A stretch of DNA of 64,000 nucleotides from Candidatus Krumholzibacteriia bacterium (GCA_963836185.1 CAWIIQ010000001.1:2080001-2144000); one strand, 5' to 3'; numbered from the stretch's first letter, positions 12,122 through 21,961 are shown. Program-made: numbers and translations. The notes: a model not told the origin generated them from the letters alone.

Positions 12122-12943
12122 TCAGCCATTAATGGCGAACCATATAAGGAAGGCGGTCCCCGCCGGTATCAGATACCAGGAGAAGCGGTGAAGACTGCCT
12201 TTGCCGAGTATCCAGACGAGCAGCCTGAGGGCCGCGTAACCGCTTACGAAGGCGACCGCCGCGGAAGCGACGAGCATTGCTGTCTCGCCTCCGCTGAGCG
12301 TCCCTCCCGCCGATATCGACTCGAGCAGAAGCGCGCCGAGTATTGCGGGGATAGAGAGCAGGAACGAGAACTCCGCCGCGGCGGAGAAGCCGAGCCCACA
12401 GATCAGGGCCGTCGTTATCGTCCACCCGCTCCGTGAGCAGCCGGGCAGGATCGCTACCGCCTGCGCGAGACCGATGAGGATCGCAATCTTCCAGTTTATC
12501 GCGGATGATCCATTCCTCCCCCTCGAGAGGAGAAGGAAGAGTCCCGTCGCTATGAGACATGCCGCCGCGAGAAGGGGCGAGCCGAACGAGGCCGTCACCG
12601 GCCCGCGAAGCGTAAGGCCGACGAAGGCGGCGGGGATAGATCCGAGGGCGATCAACCCTATATAGGCTATGTCATCCCTGACCGCCCCTTCCGCCCTGAA
12701 TCCCGAACCGATCCAGGCGAACAGTGAACGGGCAAGTCCGGTGAGGCGCTTCCCATAATATACGATCACCGCGCCGAGCGTACCCGCATGGACCGCTACT
12801 TCGAAGAGTACGTTCTCGCCCGAGCCGCCAGCGCCGAGAAGGGCGCCGCCGAGCACAAGATGACCGGAAGAGCTTACCGGCAGAAACTCCGTTATGCCCT
12901 GCACTATCGCGAGGACGATCATCGATATCAGTTCACCGTGCAT
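12122..12943 (-). CDS. uppP: Undecaprenyl-diphosphate phosphatase
   Basis: QGITEFLPVSSSGH, PGCSRSG, AAEFSFLLSIP motifs. Confidence 0.96.
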   Translation of the reverse strand: MHGELISMIVLAIVQGITEFLPVSSSGHLVLGGALLGAGGSGENVLFEVAVHAGTLGAVIVYYGKRLTGLARSLFAWIGSGFRAEGAVRDDIAYIGLIALGSIPAAFVGLTLRGPVTASFGSPLLAAACLIATGLFLLLSRGRNGSSAINWKIAILIGLAQAVAILPGCSRSGWTITTALICGLGFSAAAEFSFLLSIPAILGALLLESISAGGTLSGGETAMLVASAAVAFVSGYAALRLLVWILGKGSLHRFSWYLIPAGTAFLIWFAING

Positions 12944-12955
12944 CTATCCATCCTT

Positions 12956-13771
12956 TTATCCGAGATAAAACGCCAGGACGCCGAAGAACATGCCGAGCTT
13001 GAGAAGCAGGCTCACGACCGACGGCGACCTTCTCTTCAGGCACAGCACGCATGATACAACAAGTACCGGCAGGACCGAAACCAGCATCGTGACGAGATAC
13101 GCCCTTCCATACAGGCCCTTTATCCAGGGAGCGGGGATAGCGGCAGCAAGAAGCGCGAAGATGACCGCCGCCACGGTCAGAGCGCGTCCCGGCCCCGATA
13201 TGACCGGAACGGTCCTCGCGCCGCATCTGCGGTCTCCCTCGATGTCCTCGGTGTCCTTTACCAGTTCCCTGCCCATCACGAAGAAGAATGTGAACAGGGC
13301 GGGGACGGCGCCGGCGGGCATATCTCCGTGAGCGAACGCTCCGAGAAGAAACGCGCTCGAGACCACAGCCGCGACGAGAAGGTTCCCGGCGAGGTATATC
13401 CTCTTCGCCTTCCATGAGTATATATGCAGGAGGACTGCCCAGACGGCGATCCACAGCGCCTGCCGGGGTGGGAGCCGCGTCAGGCAGAGGGCCAGGGCCG
13501 CGAGCAGGACGAAGTAGAGGGCTATGGCGGCGCGCGGCGCGACGCCTCCCGAAGGAATCGGCCTTCGGGGCTTGTTGATGGCGTCTATGTCCCGGTCGAA
13601 CCAGTCGTTGATCACGTTGCCCGCGGCTGTCGCGAGCGCTGTCGACAGGAGCAGGCAGAGGGGCCATCCCTCTCTTCCGCCCGCGAGGAAATAGCCCACG
13701 GCTACGGAGAGAACTGCCGCAGCGATATTGTGCGGCCTGATTATCAGAAATGTCTTGAGAAGACTCAGCAT
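12956..13771 (-). CDS. UbiA-family prenyltransferase, DGGGP-synthase-like
   Basis: NDWFDRDIDAINKPRRPIPSG and RELVKDTEDIEGD Asp-rich motifs; multiple TM helices. Confidence 0.85.
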   Translation of the reverse strand: MLSLLKTFLIIRPHNIAAAVLSVAVGYFLAGGREGWPLCLLLSTALATAAGNVINDWFDRDIDAINKPRRPIPSGGVAPRAAIALYFVLLAALALCLTRLPPRQALWIAVWAVLLHIYSWKAKRIYLAGNLLVAAVVSSAFLLGAFAHGDMPAGAVPALFTFFFVMGRELVKDTEDIEGDRRCGARTVPVISGPGRALTVAAVIFALLAAAIPAPWIKGLYGRAYLVTMLVSVLPVLVVSCVLCLKRRSPSVVSLLLKLGMFFGVLAFYLG

Positions 13772-15306
13772 CAGAAATCCCAGAGAAGTGAGAGGTGAGC
13801 GAATCCTTCGTCCCGGTCATCGCCGCCGCCGGATGCCTCGGCGATCCCGCCCATCGCGTCGATGTACGATCCATGCCCGAGATCGATCCTGAGCCCGGCC
13901 GCATATATCCGCTGATCCTTCACTTCGCCGCTGGGAAACTCTGGATCGGGGTCCTCTCCCCATTCCCACTGCCTCATGTCGTTGCCCTCTCCCCTTCTGA
14001 TCCAGGTGCCTTCGAACGAAAGAAGCGCCCTCGGATGAACGGGAGTGGCTATCCTGAGCAGCCACCTGTCGGCATCCGGCCCGAGCTGGTCCCCCAGTAT
14101 CGTATTGACCGACTTGTCCCCGTTCCCCGTGACATAGGCGGTGAGCAGGCTGTCCTTGTGTGAGTATGTATAGATATCGATCTTCGTGTACGAGGCACGC
14201 ATCTCGACGTCGTGTCCCCATGGCATGACAAGCGCGTCGGCACGGACCGTCCACCCCAGTTTGTTCGGAGCCGGAGGATCGCTCTCGTACTGGACATCGT
14301 CCATGAGAAACTCGCCCGAAAGTATCAGTCCCCTGGTCACCGGCACCCTGAGATCGACTGACCAGAGGATGTTGTCGTCCTCTTTCTCATTGTACTGGTT
14401 GGCGTAGAAGGCGCCGAACGGAACGAGATAGGCCCAGTCGAGATCCCTGCCCGTATAGAGGACCGTCTCGCTGATGCCGGCATATATCCGCGCCGGCAGC
14501 CTGATCTCGAGCCTGTGCCCGGCGAGTTTTCTCGGAACGTATGAATCAAGAGCGGCCTGGAACATCCTCAGGGTGAACCTGCCCATCGATATGTCGAAGG
14601 CGAGATGATCGTGCGAACGCGCCGTCGACGACATCAGGAGTCCAATCGGCCCGAGCGGCCCCCACTGAATGTAGTCCCTCCCGAGCTGCAGCCTCCATCT
14701 CCTGCCGGCGAACGCGACATACCCCCGTTCGTACTCCGATGTAAGGCCGCGCCAGTCCTTCACTCTCGGGTATTCTTCCTCGCCCTCCCTTTCCGGCCCC
14801 ATCCTTATGATGTAGTCCGTCTCGATCGTCACCGCACCGCCCATCCCGAGAAGGAATGTCGGGATGAGAAGACCGTTCACCTCGCCGTCGTCATACTCGA
14901 CCCGCTTGACCAGCGCTCCACCCGCGGCGAGATCGATGGAAAAGAAACGCTTTCCTTCCCTCATCGTCCATACCGGGTGGTCCTCCCTTTTCTCCGGTGA
15001 GTTCTCCATCCCCTGGAACTCGCCGCGAAGCCTTCCGAGAAAGAACTCCTGCCTCGGCGTGAGATCGACATCGCCGTCCTTCATCGACTGCAGGATACGG
15101 TCGACGTACGATTCGACCTCTGACCTCGAATAGGGAGAAGCCGGATCGAGATCGACGAGCCCGAGTGTCTGGAAGGATCTCAGCGCGGGATAGACCCAGC
15201 TGCGCGGCGGGATAGTCTCATCGGATGAATAAACGGGCGCCGGCGCCGTGAGCAGGAAGGCGGCCGCGACAACCAATGCTGCGGGGATCGAGATGCGGGA
15301 CGTCAT
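13771..15306 (-). CDS. Capsule assembly Wzi-family outer-membrane protein
   Basis: Signal peptide; 'WVYPALRSF..LGL...PYSRSEV' N-terminal motif; GRDYIQWGP, GHRLE; C-terminal W-D-F; start at ATGA overlap with the TPR gene. Confidence 0.7.
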   Translation of the reverse strand: MTSRISIPAALVVAAAFLLTAPAPVYSSDETIPPRSWVYPALRSFQTLGLVDLDPASPYSRSEVESYVDRILQSMKDGDVDLTPRQEFFLGRLRGEFQGMENSPEKREDHPVWTMREGKRFFSIDLAAGGALVKRVEYDDGEVNGLLIPTFLLGMGGAVTIETDYIIRMGPEREGEEEYPRVKDWRGLTSEYERGYVAFAGRRWRLQLGRDYIQWGPLGPIGLLMSSTARSHDHLAFDISMGRFTLRMFQAALDSYVPRKLAGHRLEIRLPARIYAGISETVLYTGRDLDWAYLVPFGAFYANQYNEKEDDNILWSVDLRVPVTRGLILSGEFLMDDVQYESDPPAPNKLGWTVRADALVMPWGHDVEMRASYTKIDIYTYSHKDSLLTAYVTGNGDKSVNTILGDQLGPDADRWLLRIATPVHPRALLSFEGTWIRRGEGNDMRQWEWGEDPDPEFPSGEVKDQRIYAAGLRIDLGHGSYIDAMGGIAEASGGGDDRDEGFAHLSLLWDF

Positions 15307-16460
15307 TCGGCGGGATGTCCCTGTTCCAGGGCTGTTTCGAGAGATATGCCGGCTGCCATGCGGTAACACTCGCGCGCCTTTCTCTTGTCATCCTGCTTCT
15401 CGTACGATATTCCGAGATCGAAACTGACCTTGGTGTCGTCCGGGTTGATCTCGGCCGCTTTCTTGAAATACTCGATCGCCTTCTCGGGCTGCTCGAGCCT
15501 GTTTAAACATGCGCCGACATAGTAGAGGATCGTGGCGTTGCCCGGGTTTAGCCTGGCGGCCTGCTCGAGGTACTTCAGCGACCTGCCATAGACTCCCTTG
15601 CGGTAATATATCAATCCAAGGTAGAAGAGAGCGCTCACATTGTCGTTCTCGAGCTTGATGATCCTGCTGAATTCGCTGATAGCGTCATCGTACATATTCT
15701 CTTTAACCAGGGCCAGGCCGAGATTGTAGCGTCCCTCGACGGAAGAGGGATCTATCTCGAGGCCGATCCTGAATTCCTTGATGGCCTGTTCCTTGTCCCC
15801 TTCCTCTCCGTAGAGCGCTCCGAGGTTGAAATGCGCGTCCGCGTTGCGGGGATTGTGCTGCACCGCCTTGCGAAACTGCTGCAGCGCTGCGTTGCGGCGC
15901 CCCGAGAGATCGAGGATATATCCGAGATTGGTATAAGATTTCGAATGTGTTGGATCGGTCGCGATCGCCTGCCTGTACATCTTCTCGGCATCGGCATACC
16001 TGCGGCTCTTCGTGAAAGCGACGCCGAGACGATAATAGCATTCGGGATTTTCGGGCTCCCTCTCGATCGCCTTTACATGAAAACGGACTGCCTCGTCGAA
16101 ACGGCCCTGCAGTTCGAGGAGCCTTCCCATCCTGTACAGCGGAAGAGCCTCCGTGTCACCCATCCCGTCGATCCGCCTGTACCCCTCGAGAGCGAGCTCG
16201 TACTTGCCCATCCTCTCGAACATGTTGCACGCCTCGAGGATCTCATCCTCGTCGGCGTCGACATGGATGATCACGTCGCGGAGGCAGGCCTCCGCCCTCG
16301 GGCTGTTTCTTTTACGGAGATAGAGATCGGCAAGCTCGAGGACCTCCTCGATATCCGCCTCTCCCAGAGATGATTTCCTTTTCAGGCGAGCTATCTCCCT
16401 GCTCTCTTCCCGTACCTCGCCCCTCGTAAACTCGAGAAGCTTCTCCCAGCGCAGGCCCAT
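15303..16460 (-). CDS. Tetratricopeptide repeat protein
   Basis: About 9 TPR repeats (e.g. 'NPRNADAHFNLGALY', 'DPSSVEGRYNLGLAL'). Confidence 0.9.
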   Translation of the reverse strand: MGLRWEKLLEFTRGEVREESREIARLKRKSSLGEADIEEVLELADLYLRKRNSPRAEACLRDVIIHVDADEDEILEACNMFERMGKYELALEGYRRIDGMGDTEALPLYRMGRLLELQGRFDEAVRFHVKAIEREPENPECYYRLGVAFTKSRRYADAEKMYRQAIATDPTHSKSYTNLGYILDLSGRRNAALQQFRKAVQHNPRNADAHFNLGALYGEEGDKEQAIKEFRIGLEIDPSSVEGRYNLGLALVKENMYDDAISEFSRIIKLENDNVSALFYLGLIYYRKGVYGRSLKYLEQAARLNPGNATILYYVGACLNRLEQPEKAIEYFKKAAEINPDDTKVSFDLGISYEKQDDKRKARECYRMAAGISLETALEQGHPAE

Positions 16461-16506
16461 ACGCTACCCCCTGAAGGAAATCCGATCGATGCATGCTCCC
16501 GGCAAC

Positions 16507-16536
16507 AGGCTAGAACAAGGCGACGGTGCCTGTCAA
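16507..16536 (-). promoter_or_regulatory. sigma70-type promoter of the TPR-wzi-ubiA-uppP operon
   Basis: TTGACA-N18-TAGCCT on the minus strand. Confidence 0.5.
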
Positions 16537-16589
16537 GTATCATCGGGGCTATATTTTACGGGAAACTTACGAAGTCAGGAAAATCGTGA

Positions 16590-17225
16590 TCAGAAATATA
16601 GAGAGAGAGTCAGGCTCAGTGAGGCGAACCAGGCCGTGTTGACGATCTCGCCATCGAGGTCGAAGTAGTTGTAGCTGACGGTCCCGCCGATCGCCGAGTT
16701 GTTCGAGATCCAGAAGTCGTACCCGAGCTCGCCCAGGTACCCGATCCCCCAGTCATCGATCCGCTCGCCGTGCTCCTGCTTTCCGCCCTCTTCGACGGGG
16801 ATGACCGCCGTTCCGGCCCATCCTGTTCCAGCGGCGGCCCTCAGGTAGAGCCCCCCCCACGGGCCTTCAGGGTTCCCGGGGAACCATGCCAGCCCGAGGG
16901 TAAAGTCCTGTAGCGATCTGCGGATCTTTGCGTCCTCTATCTCGATGTCACCGTACTCGTCGAACTCGAGGATCCATGCCTGGTAGTTGGCGCTGACCAT
17001 GAAGTGCTGTCCGAGCATCCTTCCGAAACGTATCTGAGGAACGGCGCCCTGGCGATAGTTCCTGTCGACCCCGTCCTTATCGTCGAAATCACCCTGTCCG
17101 ATCCCGATCCCGACATTGAACATCCAGGGTTTGCGCTCACTATACTTCAGCGCCAACGCCCCGCTGGACATAGCGGCGACAAAGAGAGAAACGAACAGCA
17201 ATATGAATATCATCCTTCGACTCAT
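16590..17225 (-). CDS. Outer-membrane beta-barrel protein
   Basis: Signal peptide, alternating amphipathic strands, C-terminal LSLYF. Confidence 0.7.
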   Translation of the reverse strand: MSRRMIFILLFVSLFVAAMSSGALALKYSERKPWMFNVGIGIGQGDFDDKDGVDRNYRQGAVPQIRFGRMLGQHFMVSANYQAWILEFDEYGDIEIEDAKIRRSLQDFTLGLAWFPGNPEGPWGGLYLRAAAGTGWAGTAVIPVEEGGKQEHGERIDDWGIGYLGELGYDFWISNNSAIGGTVSYNYFDLDGEIVNTAWFASLSLTLSLYF

Positions 17226-17333
17226 GGGCGCATTTTAGCCCCGGGCCGCTCGATGATGCAAGCAATATAAAACAAAAAGAGAAAAAAACGCCGGACGGAA
17301 GAATATGACTTTACAACATAGAGTGATGACCAT

Positions 17334-18743
17334 ATGATTAGCGCCATGAAAACTGCAAAATATATCGCTGTCCCGGGAGTGGCTCTCGCTCTCCTTATAT
17401 CGCTCGCTCTCCCGGTGGCTTCCGCTCCGGCGGCCGACAAGCCGGACACCCTCAGGACGCCGAAAGATTTCTATTCCGATTACAGGTTCATCAGGACCTC
17501 AGGATTAGTCGTACTTGTCAACATCGCCCAGACAATGTTCGGCCAGTACATCATGGAGCCGGACGGCAGCGGGTTCAGGGTAACATGGGATTCGATCGAG
17601 GAGAACTTCAAGGCCGGGATGGAATGGGACGACAACACCTTCAACGCCAACAACTGGCGCCACCCCTACCAGGGCGGGATGTATTACACTGCCGCAAGAG
17701 GGAACGGGTACGACTTCTACCAGTCTGGCGCCTTCGCGTTCGCGGGCGCCTGGCTCTGGGAATACACCGGAGAGAGGCACCACCCCGCATATAACGACTG
17801 GATAAATACCGCCGTCGGCGGCATGATCTTCGGTGAAGCTCTCTATCGCCTCTCCGACATGGTGATCGATAATACCGCCAGGGGTGGCGGAAGGACGGGC
17901 CGCGAGATAGGCGCCTTCCTTATCGCCCCGACACGCGGCCTCAACAGGCTGATCACAGGCGAGGCATTCGCCGTTCACGAGAATCCCCCGGATGCGAAGC
18001 CTTCAGCGTTCCACGGAAGTTTCAAGGTCGGGCTGAGGGTCCTCGGAGAGGAACGCCTCTGGAACGCCTCCAAGACGAAGGTCTTTCTCGGGGCAAGCAT
18101 GTTCTACAACGACAAGCTGGAAACGGTCGGCGGGAAACCATTCGACTACTTCGACATGCACTTCCAGCTCAACTTCCAGAACGCTCCGCACCAGATCGGG
18201 CTGTTTAATATCAACGGCCTCCTCTATTCCTGGGACAAGGGCGGCTCGGAGACATCGGAGAGCAGGATCAATACTTACCTGCACATGACGTATGTCGACA
18301 ACGAGGCGTACACCTATGGCGGCCAGAGCCTTTCGGCCTCGTATCTCAAGCGGTGGGGTTTAGGCAACAGGTTCGAGCACCAGTTCGAAACGAGTTTCGA
18401 GGCGATCATCCTCGGGGCCTCGAAGTCGGACTACTTCAATCTCTCGAACAGGGAGTACGATTACGGGCCGGGACTCGGGCTCAGGGCCTTCTACACACTG
18501 ATGGCTTCCGACAAAGCCGCGCTGACAGCCTTTTACAGGGGCTCGTGGATCCACTCGATCAACGGGACTGTGGCCGATCACTGGGACAACTTCCTGGGGT
18601 TCACGACGGCTGTCACCCTCAAGGACTGGTTCAAACTCGGCGCCGACTACTATTACTACCGCTCGCAGCGCTACTACAAAGACTACGACGATGTCACGGC
18701 GAAAAACCCGCAGCTCTCGGTCTACCTCGACTGGACCTTCTGA
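17334..18743 (+). CDS. DUF3943-domain outer-membrane protein
   Basis: 'WDDN...N..RHPYQGGMYYTAARGNG...WEY..E.H.PAYND' signature; signal peptide; beta-barrel-like C-terminus ending W-T-F. Confidence 0.8.
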   Translation: MISAMKTAKYIAVPGVALALLISLALPVASAPAADKPDTLRTPKDFYSDYRFIRTSGLVVLVNIAQTMFGQYIMEPDGSGFRVTWDSIEENFKAGMEWDDNTFNANNWRHPYQGGMYYTAARGNGYDFYQSGAFAFAGAWLWEYTGERHHPAYNDWINTAVGGMIFGEALYRLSDMVIDNTARGGGRTGREIGAFLIAPTRGLNRLITGEAFAVHENPPDAKPSAFHGSFKVGLRVLGEERLWNASKTKVFLGASMFYNDKLETVGGKPFDYFDMHFQLNFQNAPHQIGLFNINGLLYSWDKGGSETSESRINTYLHMTYVDNEAYTYGGQSLSASYLKRWGLGNRFEHQFETSFEAIILGASKSDYFNLSNREYDYGPGLGLRAFYTLMASDKAALTAFYRGSWIHSINGTVADHWDNFLGFTTAVTLKDWFKLGADYYYYRSQRYYKDYDDVTAKNPQLSVYLDWTF

Positions 18744-18744
18744 T

Positions 18745-19620
18745 GTGAAGGATAACCTGCCTAGACTTACACTCTGCACTATCCTGTCCATACTGCTGTC
18801 CACCTCCGCGACGTGGTCCGCCCCGAAGGAAGACGGCGCCTTCTTCCCCCCTCCCGCACGCAACCATGTCACATTCTGGGGGCACGCCTGCTGCTATATC
18901 GATGTCGACGGATTCGGGATCGTCACCGATCCCGTCTTCACGGGCAGATATTTATTCAGGCGCAGGAAGATACCGGTGCCTCCTCTCCAGTCCCGGTCAG
19001 ACACCCGCCTGATACTCGTCTCGCACGCTCACATGGACCATCTCGACAAGGAGACGATCGCGATGTTCCCCGATTCAGCAAGAGTACTCTGCCCGTGGAC
19101 CGTGGCGGGATACATCGAGGAAATGGGCAGGGATTTCACGGTCATGCGTCCAGGCGATATATTCGAGTACCCCGGCGGAAAGGTCGTCGCCGTCGAGGCG
19201 GATCATCCCGGCAAAAGGTACGCCCTGAGAAAAGGCCGCGAGGACGACGCTATCGGATTCATCATCACGACGCCTTATGGAAATGTCTACTACACCGGTG
19301 ACACGGGATATTTCGAGGGAATGATCGATATAGGTATCAGGTGGAAGCCCGATATCGCGATCATGAACATCACTCCCCACCTCAAGGGCGGCAGGGCCGT
19401 CAGGGCAGTCTGGGCCACCAGAGCGGAAGCGGTGATACCGGTCCATTTCGGCGCCTACGACTACATCCTCTTCGGCCCGCTGAAGAGCCCGCGGGGATAT
19501 GACGATATTGCGGAGATGATAAGCGAGCAGGCCGTGCTGCTGCAGCCCGGTGAGAGCCTTTCTCTGGAGAGGGAAGTCCGGAAGGCGTCGGTTCAGAAGC
19601 CGAATCCGCGCCTCGAATGA
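18745..19620 (+). CDS. Exported MBL-fold metallo-hydrolase (UlaG/NAPE-PLD-like)
   Basis: WGHA, TDP, SHAHMDHLD, YTGDTG, IPVHFG motifs; signal peptide after GTG 18745. Confidence 0.88.
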   Translation: MKDNLPRLTLCTILSILLSTSATWSAPKEDGAFFPPPARNHVTFWGHACCYIDVDGFGIVTDPVFTGRYLFRRRKIPVPPLQSRSDTRLILVSHAHMDHLDKETIAMFPDSARVLCPWTVAGYIEEMGRDFTVMRPGDIFEYPGGKVVAVEADHPGKRYALRKGREDDAIGFIITTPYGNVYYTGDTGYFEGMIDIGIRWKPDIAIMNITPHLKGGRAVRAVWATRAEAVIPVHFGAYDYILFGPLKSPRGYDDIAEMISEQAVLLQPGESLSLEREVRKASVQKPNPRLE

Positions 19621-20063
19621 TACGGGTTGAGGTAGCTGCCCTGCATGTACTGAAGCCTGACCATGAAATTGTCGCTCGGCCGCCATGTCATGTTGAAATT
19701 CGGGATGAATATCTGGTAGTCGTTCATCCCGTCGCCACCCATCATGTATGAGCCGACCCCTACATCCCAGTTGAGAGTGACGGAGCTGCCGAGCCGGTAG
19801 CTGAAGTGGCCCATGTAGTACCCCATACCGACATCACCGAACCCTTTCGAGGCAGCGTATGAGAATCCCACCGAGCTGTGGAAGTTCAGGCCGGGTATCC
19901 TGAGGAAACCGGCCTTCGAGTCGACGGGATTGAGGTAGTCGTCAAATACGCTCTGCTCCCCGGCCGCGGTATTCGTCGTCTGCTGCGCGTTCATCCGGCC
20001 AGGGAAAAGGGCGAGCGCTATCAGGATCGTTATGAAAGAGGCTGTTCTCATCGCTGTGCTCAC
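19593..20063 (-). CDS. Secreted hypothetical protein
   Basis: Signal peptide, beta-rich body; coupled to the response regulator by a GTGA overlap. Confidence 0.6.
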   Translation of the reverse strand: MSTAMRTASFITILIALALFPGRMNAQQTTNTAAGEQSVFDDYLNPVDSKAGFLRIPGLNFHSSVGFSYAASKGFGDVGMGYYMGHFSYRLGSSVTLNWDVGVGSYMMGGDGMNDYQIFIPNFNMTWRPSDNFMVRLQYMQGSYLNPYHSRRGFGF

Positions 20064-20422
20064 TGGCCGGATCTGTCGAGGAGTTCCCTGATCTTTTCCT
20101 TAAGGGAAGTCAGGTCGACCGACTTCACAATATAGGCGTCGGCCGCCCATGTCTGGAAGTTGTCCTTGAAGTCGGAATAGGCTGAATTGATTATTACGGG
20201 CAGGTCCTTACGGCGCTCGACTATCTGTATCAGCGCGTCTATGCCGCTCTCGTCACCGAGTTTCATGTCGAGTATCATCAGGTCGGGCGTCTCTTTTTCG
20301 ACCGAATCGATCGCTTCGGCGACCGTCCCGGCCGAGACGGTCTCGTACCCATCCCTCTCCAGCTCTTCGCTGTAGAGTCTCCTGACATTTATCTCGTCGT
20401 CTACAATGAGGATCTTCGCCAT
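20060..20422 (-). CDS. Single-domain response regulator
   Basis: ILIVDDE, LMILD (phospho-Asp), INSA, YIVKS receiver motifs. Confidence 0.93.
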   Translation of the reverse strand: MAKILIVDDEINVRRLYSEELERDGYETVSAGTVAEAIDSVEKETPDLMILDMKLGDESGIDALIQIVERRKDLPVIINSAYSDFKDNFQTWAADAYIVKSVDLTSLKEKIRELLDRSGQ

Positions 20423-20527
20423 CGGTTCCCCCGTATAAAAAACCGCGATTCAGCCGAATCCCGGTTATATCATCGTCATAAATTGTACAACGGTCAAGTG
20501 CTTTTGTTCCGCCTGTCACGAAGCCGG

Positions 20528-21715
20528 TCAGCCGGAATGGACCTTTATATCGAGTATCACCTTGACCGGGACCTCGCTGCGTATCTCTTCCTCGGAGAGC
20601 TCGATAGGGACAGTCACCATTTTGGCGGGACGTTCCTCGTTTGCTTCCGCTGAAACAGGCGCCTCATCTTCGGCCTTCTCCGGTGCTTTTTCAGCGAAAC
20701 TGACGAGCGGATCGTTTATGAACTTTTCCTGCTCTGCCTCTTCGACTTTTTCCTCGACGGCCTTCTTCTCTACGGCCTTTTTCTCCAGAGCTACAGCGAC
20801 ACTCGCCTCTTCCCCGGTCTCCACCTCTGCGGGGGCATTGCCGTTATCCCCCAGCTCGACCATGTGCCCGTACTCCTCGTACCCATCCCTCTCCATTCCG
20901 AGGTCCTCAGCCGATTCGGCACTTTCAGCGTCTTCTTTAAGAACGTGATCTACAAACTCAGAGACAGACTCGTGCTCCTCTTCTCTCTCCTCTGCGTAAC
21001 CTGAAGTCTCGCTCTCGCCTGCCTCTGAGTCGATACCCTTTGACGCGCCCTGCGCGACGACCTCTACATCGACCGGTCCGCCGCTCGGGCTGACGTTATC
21101 GCTTCCGTCCTTGACTGTACTCTTGTCGTTGAGCTCATGTCTCAGCTTCTTGAAGACGAGCTTCGCTATTCCTTCAAAAGTCTCGTATACTCCTCTGCCA
21201 TCCGTTGCTACCGCCTCGAACGAAGGGGTCTTCCATGTGTTGAGTTCCTCGTCGAGGACTTTCTTATCCATGCATCCCGGCACATCCCTCTTGTTGTACT
21301 GCATCACCCAGGGAGTGCTTGCGAGCGACATGCCTATCTCGTTGAGGTTCTCCTCGAGATTACCGAGGCTCTCCCTGTCATCATCGAGGCAGCCGGGAGA
21401 CGAATCGGCGACGAATACGAGGGCGTCGACACCCTTCAGCACGAGTTTCCTCGTCGCGTTGTAGTATACCTGTCCCGGAACGGTATAGAGCAGGAACCTT
21501 ACCTTGAGGCCGCCAAGCTCTCCTACCTCGATCGGAAGGAAATCGAAGAAAAGCGTCCTGTCGGTACGCGTCTTCATCGAGACCATCTTGCCCTTGTTCT
21601 CGCGCGGGAGTTTCGAATACATGTATTCGAGGTTTGTCGTCTTCCCGCTCAGCCCCGGGCCGTAATATACGACCTTAATATTTACTTCTCCGCCAGCGTA
21701 ATTATAGACAGCCAT
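20528..21715 (-). CDS. MglA-family small GTPase with long acidic C-terminal extension
   Basis: KVVYYGPGLSGKTTNL, TDRTLFFDFLP, YTVPGQVYY, QYNKRD are MglA hallmarks; AAGGAG RBS before ATG 21715. Confidence 0.9.
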   Translation of the reverse strand: MAVYNYAGGEVNIKVVYYGPGLSGKTTNLEYMYSKLPRENKGKMVSMKTRTDRTLFFDFLPIEVGELGGLKVRFLLYTVPGQVYYNATRKLVLKGVDALVFVADSSPGCLDDDRESLGNLEENLNEIGMSLASTPWVMQYNKRDVPGCMDKKVLDEELNTWKTPSFEAVATDGRGVYETFEGIAKLVFKKLRHELNDKSTVKDGSDNVSPSGGPVDVEVVAQGASKGIDSEAGESETSGYAEEREEEHESVSEFVDHVLKEDAESAESAEDLGMERDGYEEYGHMVELGDNGNAPAEVETGEEASVAVALEKKAVEKKAVEEKVEEAEQEKFINDPLVSFAEKAPEKAEDEAPVSAEANEERPAKMVTVPIELSEEEIRSEVPVKVILDIKVHSG

Positions 21716-21874
21716 TGTAAGCCACTCCTTGTAATAGCCGGGGCGGGCTCCCGTCCCGCTCACCTGGTGTACATACACGGAAGCAGAATCCGGAGCAGGC
21801 TAAACTTCAGTAGAGCTAGGGTGTTCACTTCATGATCAAGTCAGGGAAGCGCCAACCCCGGCAGGAATGCAGAC

Positions 21875-21891
21875 CGCAAGGAGTGTGCCAC
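21875..21891 (-). promoter_or_regulatory. sigma54 (-24/-12) promoter of the MglA-like gene
   Basis: TGGCAC-ACTCC-TTGC on the minus strand, matching the TGGCAC-N5-TTGC consensus; AT-rich tract upstream. Confidence 0.75.
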
Positions 21892-21961
21892 AGAAACATT
21901 ATCAGGAATTTTTTTAACACGTTATCATTACAACGGTTAACAACCACAAAGGGGGGGCATG

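Noticed and set aside
12933-13904. 323-aa Arg-rich alternative-frame ORF over the UbiA gene
   Set aside because: Off-frame composition typical of high-GC DNA; the UbiA frame carries all the motifs
21895-21950. IHF site upstream of the sigma54 promoter
   Set aside because: AT-rich and plausibly placed, but no clean WATCAANNNNTTR match
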